A stretch of DNA of 64,000 bases from a virus (Duplodnaviria > Caudoviricetes): the IMG/VR virus record IMGVR_UViG_3300047469_000103, positions 236,332-300,331 of that record. One strand, given 5' to 3'. Position numbers and translations under genes: made by a program. Below are positions 18,809 through 28,577 of the stretch, in pieces (the stretch's first letter is position 1; each line of letters begins with the position of its first letter). Under the pieces are notes generated by a model. That model was not told the origin of the DNA, searched no databases, and saw only the letters and a list, made by a program, of their open reading frames with translations.

Positions 18809-20964
18809 AATGCTTCCAGATACTTTCTGATATCGCGCAAGTTTGTTGCTGCGCGAGTTTGATGTTCAAAGGTCAGGCGCTGTTCCAGCATTTCCAGAGT
18901 CAGCAACCATTCCAAGCTTGGCGGATTTGCGAGGCATTCGCCGGGTTTACGGTCGCCGTAAAAACCGGACGCTGGTGGTTCATTTATAGATACGCCGGGA
19001 GACTTGCGGAAAACACGATCAAGATTTTCAACGTATTCGTCGATTTCTTTTTCGTCTTCCTGTTCCTGAATACGTTGGGCGTATTGCTCTGCGCTTTCAC
19101 CAGTCGGGCAAGGGCCGGGGCCAGTTGGGCCTTTCACGCCGATTGATTTTCCTTGAATGTCGAATACTTCGTGCGAGTCTTCTACTTCGCGCCCTTCTTC
19201 AGCAGCGACAGTTTTCAACGCAGAAACCAGACTTTCTTTTTCTTGCTCAGACCATTTATGCGGAGGCTGGCCGGTCGGAGCTTGCAGGTTTACATTCACT
19301 GCGAAACCATCAACGATTTTCACAGGAACGCCGCTGTCGATTTTTTCGCCTTCTTTCACAGGCACTTCAATAATCGCGGGACTCTTCATCATTTCAGCCG
19401 CGACTTGTTCTGCGATCCACGTTGCATCAGGCATGTAGGAAAGTTGAACTTGCCCACCAGCGCTAACACTTACGATTTTCTTACCGTAATGTGGATCGTT
19501 TTTATCTTCGATGTGTGTAGGCGCCGGACGCACTTCAACCGGCGCGTCAGGACTCATGAATTTCGAAACGAATTTATCCGAGGCTTCGCGCAATACTTCG
19601 TCGGCGCTTTCCATCAGGATTTCAGTCGGCGTTTGCACTTCTTCAACGACAGCAACTGCTTCAACAGGCTTACCGACTGGGGCAGGTTTGCGCTTTGGAA
19701 ACAGGAAGCCGGTCACTGCAACAAACTCAGCGATACCAGCGAGCAAAAGATTCGATTTTACTTCTTCGGTTTTCGCCGGATCGAGTTCGAAACGTTTCAT
19801 GAAAACCTGAAGACGCACGCCGCCTTCCAGATAATCCACAACGTCTGCAATTTCCAGCGTAGAGAATTCTTTGTAGACTTTTTTCACAGGTTGTTTCCCG
19901 ACCGGAGCTACTTTGATTTCGTTCGGTTTCAGGTCTGGCTGTTCAACGACTTTGATGCCGCCAAGATCAATCGTGCGAGGCACTGCGTTCTTCGCGGTTT
20001 CAGTTTCAATGAACTTTTCCAGCACTGCGCGAATTGCGATGTTCCGAACGTTACCGATATCAAATCCGCGATGGCTGAAATAATTCAGAACCATATCGTG
20101 CGACAGATGTGTGGTTTCGATGATCGTGTGCAAGTCGTATGGTGGCGGAATTGCACGGGAATATTCTTCCAGCACAGTCGCGACAGCTTCGGCATTCATG
20201 ATGCGGCGAACGCTGTGCAGATTGCGTGGGTCAAAATCCAGCGCCGGGTCAACATATTCGCCGTCTTGTTTAACGTTGAAATACCCATCCATCGACAGGT
20301 CGCCAAACACTTCGAGGAAATAGTTTTTCTCGACGATAAAAGCTTTGGAAATTTCCGCATGACATGTGTCGGCGGTGAACGCGTCTTTCATGTTCTGAAT
20401 CACGGCCCGCACTTCACCATCGGAAGTCAGGATGCGCCGGGTTTCAATCGGTGGTACGGTATGCACCACTTCAGATTCAGGCGTGTGCATCGAATACGTG
20501 TTGCCTTCTTTTGTCGCTTTTTTCTGGTCAATCAGATTGCGCAGAATCCACGTCAGTGCGCTACCCTTCTTGCCGAAGAACGCCCCCAATTCCATCGCCG
20601 TTTTCGGGCGACCGTTGGCGTCGATCAGCAATTGTAAAACGGATTCTTCAGACGGTTTATTCATGTCTGGTTTCAACGTCATGTCCTTCGGCGGAATGTC
20701 ATTGCGCAGCGTGTGAACAACCGGATTTTCCGAAGCAAACTCTTTCGAGATTGCCGCGTTTTCTTCCCGTGCGTGATCTTCGTTGATCGTGAACTTATTG
20801 TCGGCGTCCATGACCACGAGTTTCTGCTGCTTCAAAGTATTCGAAGCGTGAATCAGTTGGATATATTTCTCACCCATTTCTGCGGTGTAATCCGCCAGAG
20901 TTTTACCGGGGTGGCACTGAATATGAAGCAGCAGGGCTGCCTCTAATGTGGACAAGTTTTCCAT
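18805..20964 (-). CDS. large hypothetical protein with several winged-helix-like repeats
   Basis: 719 aa; segments such as EESVLQLLIDANGRPKTAMELGAFFGKKGSALTWILRNLIDQKKATKEGNTY fit wHTH spacing. Confidence 0.6.
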   Translation of the reverse strand: MENLSTLEAALLLHIQCHPGKTLADYTAEMGEKYIQLIHASNTLKQQKLVVMDADNKFTINEDHAREENAAISKEFASENPVVHTLRNDIPPKDMTLKPDMNKPSEESVLQLLIDANGRPKTAMELGAFFGKKGSALTWILRNLIDQKKATKEGNTYSMHTPESEVVHTVPPIETRRILTSDGEVRAVIQNMKDAFTADTCHAEISKAFIVEKNYFLEVFGDLSMDGYFNVKQDGEYVDPALDFDPRNLHSVRRIMNAEAVATVLEEYSRAIPPPYDLHTIIETTHLSHDMVLNYFSHRGFDIGNVRNIAIRAVLEKFIETETAKNAVPRTIDLGGIKVVEQPDLKPNEIKVAPVGKQPVKKVYKEFSTLEIADVVDYLEGGVRLQVFMKRFELDPAKTEEVKSNLLLAGIAEFVAVTGFLFPKRKPAPVGKPVEAVAVVEEVQTPTEILMESADEVLREASDKFVSKFMSPDAPVEVRPAPTHIEDKNDPHYGKKIVSVSAGGQVQLSYMPDATWIAEQVAAEMMKSPAIIEVPVKEGEKIDSGVPVKIVDGFAVNVNLQAPTGQPPHKWSEQEKESLVSALKTVAAEEGREVEDSHEVFDIQGKSIGVKGPTGPGPCPTGESAEQYAQRIQEQEDEKEIDEYVENLDRVFRKSPGVSINEPPASGFYGDRKPGECLANPPSLEWLLTLEMLEQRLTFEHQTRAATNLRDIRKYLEAL

Positions 20965-22142
20965 TACTCATACTCTGCAATGAACGCACCGACGTTGGAG
21001 TAAAACAATACACTTTCGTCAATCGTGATGCTATTCAGTTTGACTTCGATTTCCGCAAGCAGGTTCTGGATCAGCACCAGTGCAAGCATTTTGTTTTTGA
21101 CTTTCAAATCATCAAAAATCTTGCCGCTATACGGACGGAATTTGTTGGTCTTCGTGATGACTCCGATTCGATAATCAATGAGCCAACGGGTTTTGTTAAT
21201 CAGGCCACGAGCGTTGCCCGCGCTGCGAATTTGAATCACGGCCTGTTCCATGTCGCGTTGCAGTACAGCGGCAAGGAAATGTGCTGCGACTTCTTCCATG
21301 TCAACGTCGGCGTCAGACATAAACGATGCGATATTTGTCGGATCGAATTTCTTGCCGGAAGCGACGATAGAAAGAAAAATATCCAGCTTCGACACTGCTT
21401 CGCGCATGCTGCCGTTACTGGATTCTGCAATCGTGTTAAGCGATTTCTTCGCTTCTTTTTTCAGCGTGACGCCTTCCTTCTCGGCAATGGCAGCCATGCG
21501 GTCGATCAAAACATCATGCTCAATCGGTCGAACATGCAAAGGCATGCAACGCGATTTCAGCATCTTGTTTACTTTGTCCGGGTGCGTCGTACACAGCATG
21601 TAAATTGTATGCGGCGGTGGATTTTCGGTTGCAACCAACAACGCTTTTTCCGATTGATCGCGAAGGGTGTGTGCTTCGTCGATAATGATAATGCGTTTGC
21701 GGGTAGCCGGTGCGTTTGCTGCTGCTGCAATCAGCGAGCGGATTTCGTCGATCTTGCCGCTTTGCCCTGCATCGAAATAAATAATGTCCGGGTGCTTGGC
21801 GAATTGGCAGGAAAAACATTTGCCACAAAGGTTCAACGTTTCACAGTTGATTTGCCGCGCCGCGATGAATGCCATCGTGGTCTTGCCGCAACCGTAGTGA
21901 CCGGAGAACATAATTGCAGATGGAAATTTGCCGCGCTTAAAAGCCCCCTGAAGCGTAGCAACGACTTGATCTTGGCCGACAACATCATCCAAAGTTTGCG
22001 GACGATATTCGTTTGCCAGTTGAACGGTTTGCAAAGACAGCGGGCCGGTTTTAACCAGACCTACTTTTTTCTTCTTCGGCTTCGTGTCTTTCTCGACAAC
22101 GGATTTACCGGTCTTCTTCAATTTCTTTTCAGGCTTAGCCAT
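20964..22142 (-). CDS. dnaX: DNA polymerase III gamma/tau-like clamp-loader ATPase
   Basis: YRPQTLDDVVGQ, Walker A GHYGCGKTT, Zn module CE...CGKCFSC, IIDEAH, SRC motif. Confidence 0.92.
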   Translation of the reverse strand: MAKPEKKLKKTGKSVVEKDTKPKKKKVGLVKTGPLSLQTVQLANEYRPQTLDDVVGQDQVVATLQGAFKRGKFPSAIMFSGHYGCGKTTMAFIAARQINCETLNLCGKCFSCQFAKHPDIIYFDAGQSGKIDEIRSLIAAAANAPATRKRIIIIDEAHTLRDQSEKALLVATENPPPHTIYMLCTTHPDKVNKMLKSRCMPLHVRPIEHDVLIDRMAAIAEKEGVTLKKEAKKSLNTIAESSNGSMREAVSKLDIFLSIVASGKKFDPTNIASFMSDADVDMEEVAAHFLAAVLQRDMEQAVIQIRSAGNARGLINKTRWLIDYRIGVITKTNKFRPYSGKIFDDLKVKNKMLALVLIQNLLAEIEVKLNSITIDESVLFYSNVGAFIAEYE

Positions 22143-22171
22143 TACGACACACTCTAGGGATGTGATGTTTA

Positions 22172-22179
22172 TTTACAGT
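22172..22179 (-). promoter_or_regulatory. ACTGTAAA motif upstream of dnaX
   Basis: TTTACAGT on + strand, 30 nt upstream of the start, intergenic. Confidence 0.55.
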
Positions 22180-22222
22180 ATTGCACGCATGCCGATCTGT
22201 GCCAGCTATGCGTGCGTGTCGA

Positions 22223-23398
22223 TTAGTCAGACGCTTGGGCGTTCTTCAACGTTTTCTCAAGCAGCTTTTTCACGCTCTTCGGAATTTCTTTACCGGTCGT
22301 GTGATAGGCGTAAGCTTCTGCAAACATTTCCTGCACGCTGACTTTTGCGTATTCCGAAATCAGCGATTCCGAATTCGAATACGATGCCGACGTAGGCCAG
22401 ATGGCAGCGAGTGCCTTGCTGTTTTGATTCAGCAAAGTGTTCACGTCTTCCGGCGACATTTTGTGATGCTTTTTCAAATAACCGAGGGCTTCTTTGAACA
22501 GCGCCAGTTCGTCTTCTTCGATATCGCGTTGGAATTCACGCACGCTTTGCTGGCTGGCAACCAACGAGGTGCAGAGGTCTTCCATTTCTTGTTTCTTCGC
22601 CTTCGAAACTTTGGTCAGGCTGTTATAGATTTCCAGCCATTCCGCACGCACTTTTTCGCTGACGAATTTGAACCAGATACCGTGGCCGATTTCGTGTGCG
22701 AAAATGTATTGGTTGTAAATCTGATCGCTGATGATTTTCGGGTGCAGCTTCACCATGTCTTCAGGCGTACCGGATTTGAAGCTGACCGAATAAGTACCGG
22801 CCCATTTGCCTTTCGCGTTCAAGACTTCCAGACGGGTGAACGGGAATACTTTTCCGAGTCCCTGTTCTTCGACTTTTTTCTTGATGCGTTTGATTGCGAT
22901 AGTGATCGCTTCTTTTTCTTCGTCTTCCAGCTTGCGGTAAATGTGCATCGGCCCGATAGGCGTTGCAACTTCGCCGTAATGCGGCTGAATATCTACACCG
23001 TAAGCTTTGCCCGGTGCCGGATCGCTGCCGAGGTTTGCCACCAGAGTTTCAGCGGTATATTCGACGGTCTGAGGTTCGTCATTCGCCATCGTGTCTTCGA
23101 TGTACGCAGTGTTACGCTTTGGCGAGTGGGCAAAACACAGTTTGTTTTTCTTGCCGATGCGAACGATGATGAAATCGTCTTTCTCGACGGGCAGCATTGC
23201 TTTTTCTGGCGCTTCTTCTTTCTTCGCCAGTTTCTTACCGCCGCTGACTTTGACGATGGTGTCGCCGCTTTCTTCAGAAGACTTTTTCTTCTTCTTTTTC
23301 ATTTTGGTATCGAGGCCGGAACTCTTCACCAGTTTCTTGCTGGTGTTTTCTTCGCTACTCTTTTTCTTCTTTTTCTTTTTCTTCAGGTCGTCACTCAT
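22223..23398 (-). CDS. putative zinc metallopeptidase (zincin) with Lys-rich N-terminus
   Basis: FAHEIGH (HExxH) plus downstream QEMFAEAY third-ligand motif; start MSDDLKK. Confidence 0.6.
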   Translation of the reverse strand: MSDDLKKKKKKKKSSEENTSKKLVKSSGLDTKMKKKKKKSSEESGDTIVKVSGGKKLAKKEEAPEKAMLPVEKDDFIIVRIGKKNKLCFAHSPKRNTAYIEDTMANDEPQTVEYTAETLVANLGSDPAPGKAYGVDIQPHYGEVATPIGPMHIYRKLEDEEKEAITIAIKRIKKKVEEQGLGKVFPFTRLEVLNAKGKWAGTYSVSFKSGTPEDMVKLHPKIISDQIYNQYIFAHEIGHGIWFKFVSEKVRAEWLEIYNSLTKVSKAKKQEMEDLCTSLVASQQSVREFQRDIEEDELALFKEALGYLKKHHKMSPEDVNTLLNQNSKALAAIWPTSASYSNSESLISEYAKVSVQEMFAEAYAYHTTGKEIPKSVKKLLEKTLKNAQASD

Positions 23399-23414
23399 TA
23401 CATTCTCCAAGTTG

Positions 23415-23711
23415 TTAAGGCATAAGCCAATGTTTGCGCAGGGGTTGTGCTGCAATCCACACGTCGTCGCGGTGATCTGAAACACTGAGGATTTGTGTAC
23501 CGTCTTCCTCTTCCACGAATGTGATTAGGTGGCCGTAATATTCGCTAGTCACCACGACGTTATGTGTCGGCGGCAAATCCAGATATCCGAATACTTTGTG
23601 GTGAAACATCGTTTCGATATCTTTGCTCGTAGTTTTCACGGCGGGATAAGTTGTGAAACCGTGCGTGCGCTTCGGCATCAACTCGATTAATTCAGTCACA
23701 CATATCTCCAA
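23415..23711 (-). CDS. hypothetical protein (start uncertain)
   Basis: 98-aa ORF filling the gap. Confidence 0.55.
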   Translation of the reverse strand: MEICVTELIELMPKRTHGFTTYPAVKTTSKDIETMFHHKVFGYLDLPPTHNVVVTSEYYGHLITFVEEEDGTQILSVSDHRDDVWIAAQPLRKHWLMP

Positions 23712-24396
23712 TGCCGTCTACGACTGACGATGCGCCATCTGCAATTGCGTTCATTACAACGCGCCCGATTGTGCCAATGCCGTCGAGGATTCCGCCCGCG
23801 TCAGCACTGGACATGGAACTGCTAGACGCAAACGAATTTGCACCAGACACAGATTTAGGCATTTCGTTTTCGTGTGGATCAGGTTCATGGAATGTGAAAG
23901 TTTTTACACGCACGCCGTCGATAAAGTCGTCACGCAAAAAACCTTCCGACTGCATGGCGGCACGGAACGACGTAATGTTCACATCGGGCAGCGGCGTTTT
24001 ACCTTGCAAAAACATTTGATGCGCGACGACAAACCATTGCGTCCATCCACTATCCAGCATTGCGCGTGCCAAATAAACCGGAGTGTTTCCCGGCCCGGTC
24101 GCGTGTGGGTTTACACGTTGGCGTGCAGCCGCAGCTTGCGCCTTCTGGTCTTCAATCCATGCGTGAGGATCAAAGCTTTCCGCTTCGACGATTGTTACCA
24201 GCATTTTTTCTGCTTGATAATGATTCGGATACGGCGGACGAATCGCGTCACAAATTTCGTTGTATTTGTTTTCGTCACAGAATCGCCATTCGTCCCACGC
24301 ACCGGCAACGTCGATGCTGTCTTTGTCACGGACGCCGTAATAGCAACCAGAATCCCACGAACGATAGCGATAAAGATATTCGACTTTTTCTGTCAT
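23692..24396 (-). CDS. hypothetical protein
   Basis: 234-aa ORF. Confidence 0.7.
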   Translation of the reverse strand: MTEKVEYLYRYRSWDSGCYYGVRDKDSIDVAGAWDEWRFCDENKYNEICDAIRPPYPNHYQAEKMLVTIVEAESFDPHAWIEDQKAQAAAARQRVNPHATGPGNTPVYLARAMLDSGWTQWFVVAHQMFLQGKTPLPDVNITSFRAAMQSEGFLRDDFIDGVRVKTFTFHEPDPHENEMPKSVSGANSFASSSSMSSADAGGILDGIGTIGRVVMNAIADGASSVVDGIGDMCD

Positions 24397-25019
24397 GACC
24401 GGCCCGCCGATGCGAACAGCGCTTTGATTTCTTTAGTCAGGAAACCATCGACCAAAGTTTCGTTATTGCAAATGCCCATGTATTCGAATTCCACACCTTC
24501 GTTGAAACGGAACAGACCGCCAACAGTCATGGAATCGTTGAATGTTTCCAGCGGCTTATCCCACGTGTAACCATTCGCGCCGATGTAGTGAATATTCACC
24601 GGATACTTTTCGCGGTTCTGCGCGTTGGCATTCATGTTGCCGTAACCGTAGATCAGGTATGGCCGACCGCTTTTGTGCGTGAACACACTGCCGATTGGCG
24701 GAATATCAAATTCCATATCCGCTGGCGTGCTGATTTCGGTTTGCTTTACAAACACGGTGTAGGCCGGGAGATTGTGCGAATAAATCAAAACAGATTTACC
24801 CGATTCACTCAGGCCGCAAATCACAGCGTCATCGGCTGCAACCACTTTGAATTCTTCACGGGTCACATTGTCACGCAGCCAGTGCAGGTTTGGTTTGCAA
24901 ACGGTGTAATGTACATCGCCGTCTTTTACATACGCGTTGTAAATCTGTTGCTGTGCGTTGTAGTGCAGGGCGGTTTGCACGAGGCCGGTTGCCTCTTCTT
25001 CGGTATACATTCGGCTCAC
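24393..25019 (-). CDS. hypothetical protein with DUF1653-like C-terminal domain
   Basis: IGSVFTHKSGRPYLIYG...HYIGANGYTWDKPLETF resembles the DUF1653 pattern (HxKGxxY...WxRPxxxF). Confidence 0.55.
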   Translation of the reverse strand: MSRMYTEEEATGLVQTALHYNAQQQIYNAYVKDGDVHYTVCKPNLHWLRDNVTREEFKVVAADDAVICGLSESGKSVLIYSHNLPAYTVFVKQTEISTPADMEFDIPPIGSVFTHKSGRPYLIYGYGNMNANAQNREKYPVNIHYIGANGYTWDKPLETFNDSMTVGGLFRFNEGVEFEYMGICNNETLVDGFLTKEIKALFASAGRS

Positions 25020-25651
25020 GATAAAATAATCCTGTTTTGCAAAAGAAGTACCAGCGCGTAACCGTGCGCCGGGATATGTTGTGGATCAATTGGAGCCAGA
25101 CCGTAATAGGCGCGTCGGATGATTTCGACTGCATCTAAATCTATTACGTCTATATCGGCGGCTTCGCAAATGCCCAAGAATTTTTCAACGATTTCCGGCA
25201 TGACAGTTACTGCCAGACCACGACGGCGCAGTTTTACTTTCTCTTCGCGATTGCGAATAACGGCGGTGCCTGTTGCATCGGGAAACGCAACGTACACACG
25301 ATCATCTGAAACAAACACGTTGGCGTTTTGCCAAACGTCTGCGACCTCAGTTGTGTAGGTCATACTCGAAACGAATGTATCGAAATTTCGCCGCACGTAA
25401 TTCCGCAATTCAAGCACGGCATTTACACGCTTCAGTTCTTCAATGGCTTCGGTTGCACGTGGCGTTGGCGCAAAAAACAACGTGCCCAATCCATCGTCGC
25501 AAACCTTTGCGAATTTCCGACCTTCTTTAAATCCGATTGCTACGCCATCACTGAAAACATACAAGCTGTTATCAACGAGGGTAAGGCGCTCCGCAAAACG
25601 GCGGCGGCATTCGGCTACAAAACGGCTATCAAATATATTGACCTCAAGCAT
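25016..25651 (-). CDS. hypothetical protein
   Basis: 211-aa ORF. Confidence 0.7.
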   Translation of the reverse strand: MLEVNIFDSRFVAECRRRFAERLTLVDNSLYVFSDGVAIGFKEGRKFAKVCDDGLGTLFFAPTPRATEAIEELKRVNAVLELRNYVRRNFDTFVSSMTYTTEVADVWQNANVFVSDDRVYVAFPDATGTAVIRNREEKVKLRRRGLAVTVMPEIVEKFLGICEAADIDVIDLDAVEIIRRAYYGLAPIDPQHIPAHGYALVLLLQNRIILS

Positions 25652-25677
25652 GATCGTTCCTTAACGTGGCTCTGTTC

Positions 25678-26622
25678 TTATTTTACAGTTTTTCGAGCTT
25701 TGGCAGACGGCACCATTAGTTTCGAAAGGGCGGTTGCAAAGTCTGTGTGCATTTGATTCGATTCTTCAAACTGAAACAAAAGCATTGCCGTGTCGTATTC
25801 TACAAACTTGACAGGATTGGCTTCATTGCGCGTCATTACTTCTACCAGCTTTAGAAAATCCGCCAGTACGTCAAACCCACAGCGGCGGTAGTATTCCGCA
25901 TCGGTTTTATTCAGGGGGCCACAAAACGTAACATAGCGCGAATGCCCGAGGATTTCTTTTGTAGCCTTGTTAATCATTTCAGTTCGTTCGCGATGAAACT
26001 GATCGTCAATCGAGTGAATACGTTCCATGCGTCGGCGCAATTCTGCCGGGTCGTCTTTGTCCTTCATTGCCCGCAAAAACTTGCCAGCGGTGCTAAGGAT
26101 TTTCTTCGATTGATTTTCCATGCCCCGGCCATATTGCAGGGTTTGGATTTTCTTTCCGTCCAGTGCAACGGCCAATCCAACAGCGTCGGCACTTTCGCGT
26201 GCGTAGTCTCGCCAAAACAGTACAGCGCCTTTGGAAGTCGGGGCTTTCACCGTGGCTTTTTTCCAGTGACGTTCGTACCACAAATCGTTAAGCAAAACGA
26301 ATTCCACACCATCACGATAAACCGTAGCGCCAAACCAATGCAGAATGGTCTGCAAATGCACCATGTAATCGTCATAGGTATTTATGTCCAGCGTGTCGAA
26401 AACTTCTTCAACATGTTGCATCGCATTTTTCAATGTTTCTTCATGGTGTTCTAAGTTGTGTTGCTGCGCATCGGCTTGATATGCGCCGTCAGTGTAAGCG
26501 TGAGCGTACAGGCAGAAGCGGAAAGCGGATTGGTATTCGCCCAGTCGGGAGAACAGCGCTTTCACGTTGAATTTCTGTGCAACGCGGACGTAGGAAGGCT
26601 GGAAGTATTTCATGTTTTTCAC
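25678..26622 (-). CDS. hypothetical protein
   Basis: 314-aa ORF. Confidence 0.75.
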   Translation of the reverse strand: MKNMKYFQPSYVRVAQKFNVKALFSRLGEYQSAFRFCLYAHAYTDGAYQADAQQHNLEHHEETLKNAMQHVEEVFDTLDINTYDDYMVHLQTILHWFGATVYRDGVEFVLLNDLWYERHWKKATVKAPTSKGAVLFWRDYARESADAVGLAVALDGKKIQTLQYGRGMENQSKKILSTAGKFLRAMKDKDDPAELRRRMERIHSIDDQFHRERTEMINKATKEILGHSRYVTFCGPLNKTDAEYYRRCGFDVLADFLKLVEVMTRNEANPVKFVEYDTAMLLFQFEESNQMHTDFATALSKLMVPSAKARKTVK

Positions 26623-27224
26623 TCATAAATGCGGCGGTAAGCCGGGGCGGGGGTTTGGTGCGCGGGTGATTGAAGGGAAGGGGGCGAGCGGAATGGGGGA
26701 TGGGATGCGCTTCGCGCTTTTTAACGTGCCGAAGGTCTATTATTTGTGCATACAAATAACGCGGACAGAGCTATCCTTAAAAGATTGCACATTCATCGCT
26801 CAATGCAAACGCATGCAGTGGATTAATTCTGTTTTGTTTGGCTGGCTGGTAAATGTGCCGGTTTCTTTTTCAACTGTGTTCCTACGGAACCAGTCTCTGT
26901 CGCTGCGCTCCGAGCCTGTTTCGCTTCGCTTCTCTCGCTGCGCTCGCCAGAGCAACACGAGAATCAATCCGTTCCTAAACTCAATCACCGCAAACAATCA
27001 TGGCTCGACGAAGCAGTCTCGATCCGTTCCAAACCAAATAATCATTTTGTTCTGTCACTCAATATTCCGCAACGAGTACACAAGCCACCCTTTACAGTTT
27101 TCAAAAGGACACATTTTAGACCGAAAAACATTCCATACAATAACCATTTGTTTCAATCATTCAAATAAAAGTCGAATAAAAGGCAATAAAAAAGGGAACC
27201 GCAATGGCTCCCTTTAGGTGTACG
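26623..27224. other. largest noncoding region; candidate replication origin or regulatory locus
   Basis: 600 nt with no credible ORF: G-tract cluster, five GNA mini-hairpins on the - strand, AT-rich block with 3x AATAAAA, ACTGTAAA motif. Confidence 0.45.
27188..27216 (-). terminator. intrinsic terminator
   Basis: Minus strand GGGAGCC-ATTGC-GGTTCCC-TTTTTT after the stop at 27225. Confidence 0.8.
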
Positions 27225-28007
27225 TTAAAGCGATTTGCATGTAACCAAACGGTCGTAAAGTTCCAGAATGTTTGCATCAAAGTCGAAACCCGGAATAGGG
27301 CTTGCGCATTCGCGGCAATCAAACCAATCGTGAGCTTTACAAGGCGTTGCCATCGGCATTAATGGCGCAGCAACCGGTGTGGTATCACACGGCGGAATCG
27401 GGCACGGGTCTGCATCCATCAATAGACGTTCACAAACGAGTTTAATCAACAGGCAAATATTTACGTCATTGATAACGTATTTTTCACCGGTGTTTTCTGT
27501 CTCGAAAGCAATTGTCGTTTTGACATTCCCGGTCTGCGGACAATCAGAAGGCGCGCAACCATTGTCGGGTGTCAGCACTGGCGCTTCGATAACCCGTTCC
27601 GGTTGGGCCATTTGAATTGGATTTGCCGGGACAAATGTTCCGTCTTCAGGTACGCCATCCAGAACAGTAATTCCGTTCATGGAAATGCGAACTTTCTTCG
27701 GCCCGTAAGTCTGAATGCAAACGGATGTTTCACCATCGCGTTCAAACGTGGTCACGTCGGCATAAGTTCCATCCGATGCGGTAGCGGTGTGATGCCCTTG
27801 CAACTTCGCTTGAATTTCGTGCTTCACTTTATCCCACATGAGCGCGAATTTCTTGCTGCTTTTTTCTGCAATGGCATTTGCCAGTTTGTCGCCGGTTTCA
27901 CGACTGAGAAAAGGCATAATCATTCTGAGCATGGCAGAACGTTTATTACCGCCTTTTCGATTGCGTGCCAGTGCGATCATATTCGACGCAATGACTAATT
28001 CTTTCAC
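27225..28007 (-). CDS. putative virion-associated protein
   Basis: GTG start after GGAGG; ATAS motif; Cys/Pro-rich C-terminus. Confidence 0.6.
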   Translation of the reverse strand: MKELVIASNMIALARNRKGGNKRSAMLRMIMPFLSRETGDKLANAIAEKSSKKFALMWDKVKHEIQAKLQGHHTATASDGTYADVTTFERDGETSVCIQTYGPKKVRISMNGITVLDGVPEDGTFVPANPIQMAQPERVIEAPVLTPDNGCAPSDCPQTGNVKTTIAFETENTGEKYVINDVNICLLIKLVCERLLMDADPCPIPPCDTTPVAAPLMPMATPCKAHDWFDCRECASPIPGFDFDANILELYDRLVTCKSL

Positions 28008-28576
28008 GGTTGAACCTCCCAATCAATTTCGGCGCCGTGGTGATGGCAATACGTGCGCGTGGCTAAATGGATTGTCATTTGCAGTTCTTCGGTAATATCC
28101 GCTGGCGCCAAATCACCACGCAGAATTACCCGGCTCACACTACGTCCGCGAATAGGCCGCAGACTGGAAGGCAACGAATTGTTTTCCACGTGGATTTCGA
28201 AGTCGGGATAAACTTCAGGAAACACGGTGCCTTCAGGCCAGACAATAATCGTCTTCCATTTAAAACCGGAAGCAACTTTCGCATAACCGTCTTCGAACGC
28301 TTCGGCAGGGCTGAAAGATTCGTAGCCGTTTTCGTAGCGCACGTAATAACCGCCAATAAACGGTTCGTGTTTTTTGTAATACGCATCGCTCACAATCACC
28401 GAATATTCACCGGCTGCCGAGGTCATAACGTATTCGGTTTTCTGAGGGGCCAGAATGCCGTCAACGTAGTGCAGTTCTTCACGTGTGCCGTCCGACGTGC
28501 CTTTTTCTTGCGCGTAGATAACACCGATTTGAAAACCCTTCACACGCTTGTGGCTTTGGTAGGTTGCGAGTTCCAT
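28004..28576 (-). CDS. conserved phage protein (GYYVRYxxGYESFSPxxxFExGY domain)
   Basis: Motif common in small phage proteins, often fused to DUF2829-type domains (from memory). Confidence 0.6.
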   Translation of the reverse strand: MELATYQSHKRVKGFQIGVIYAQEKGTSDGTREELHYVDGILAPQKTEYVMTSAAGEYSVIVSDAYYKKHEPFIGGYYVRYENGYESFSPAEAFEDGYAKVASGFKWKTIIVWPEGTVFPEVYPDFEIHVENNSLPSSLRPIRGRSVSRVILRGDLAPADITEELQMTIHLATRTYCHHHGAEIDWEVQP

Positions 28577-28577
28577 A

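Noticed and set aside
19110-19150. Collagen-like GVKGPTGPGP segment
   Set aside because: It has only about three Gly-X-Y triplets, too short for a triple helix.
20490-20660. Z-alpha (Z-DNA/RNA-binding) domain in the 719-aa protein
   Set aside because: wHTH spacing fits, but the diagnostic NxxLY and Trp residues are missing.
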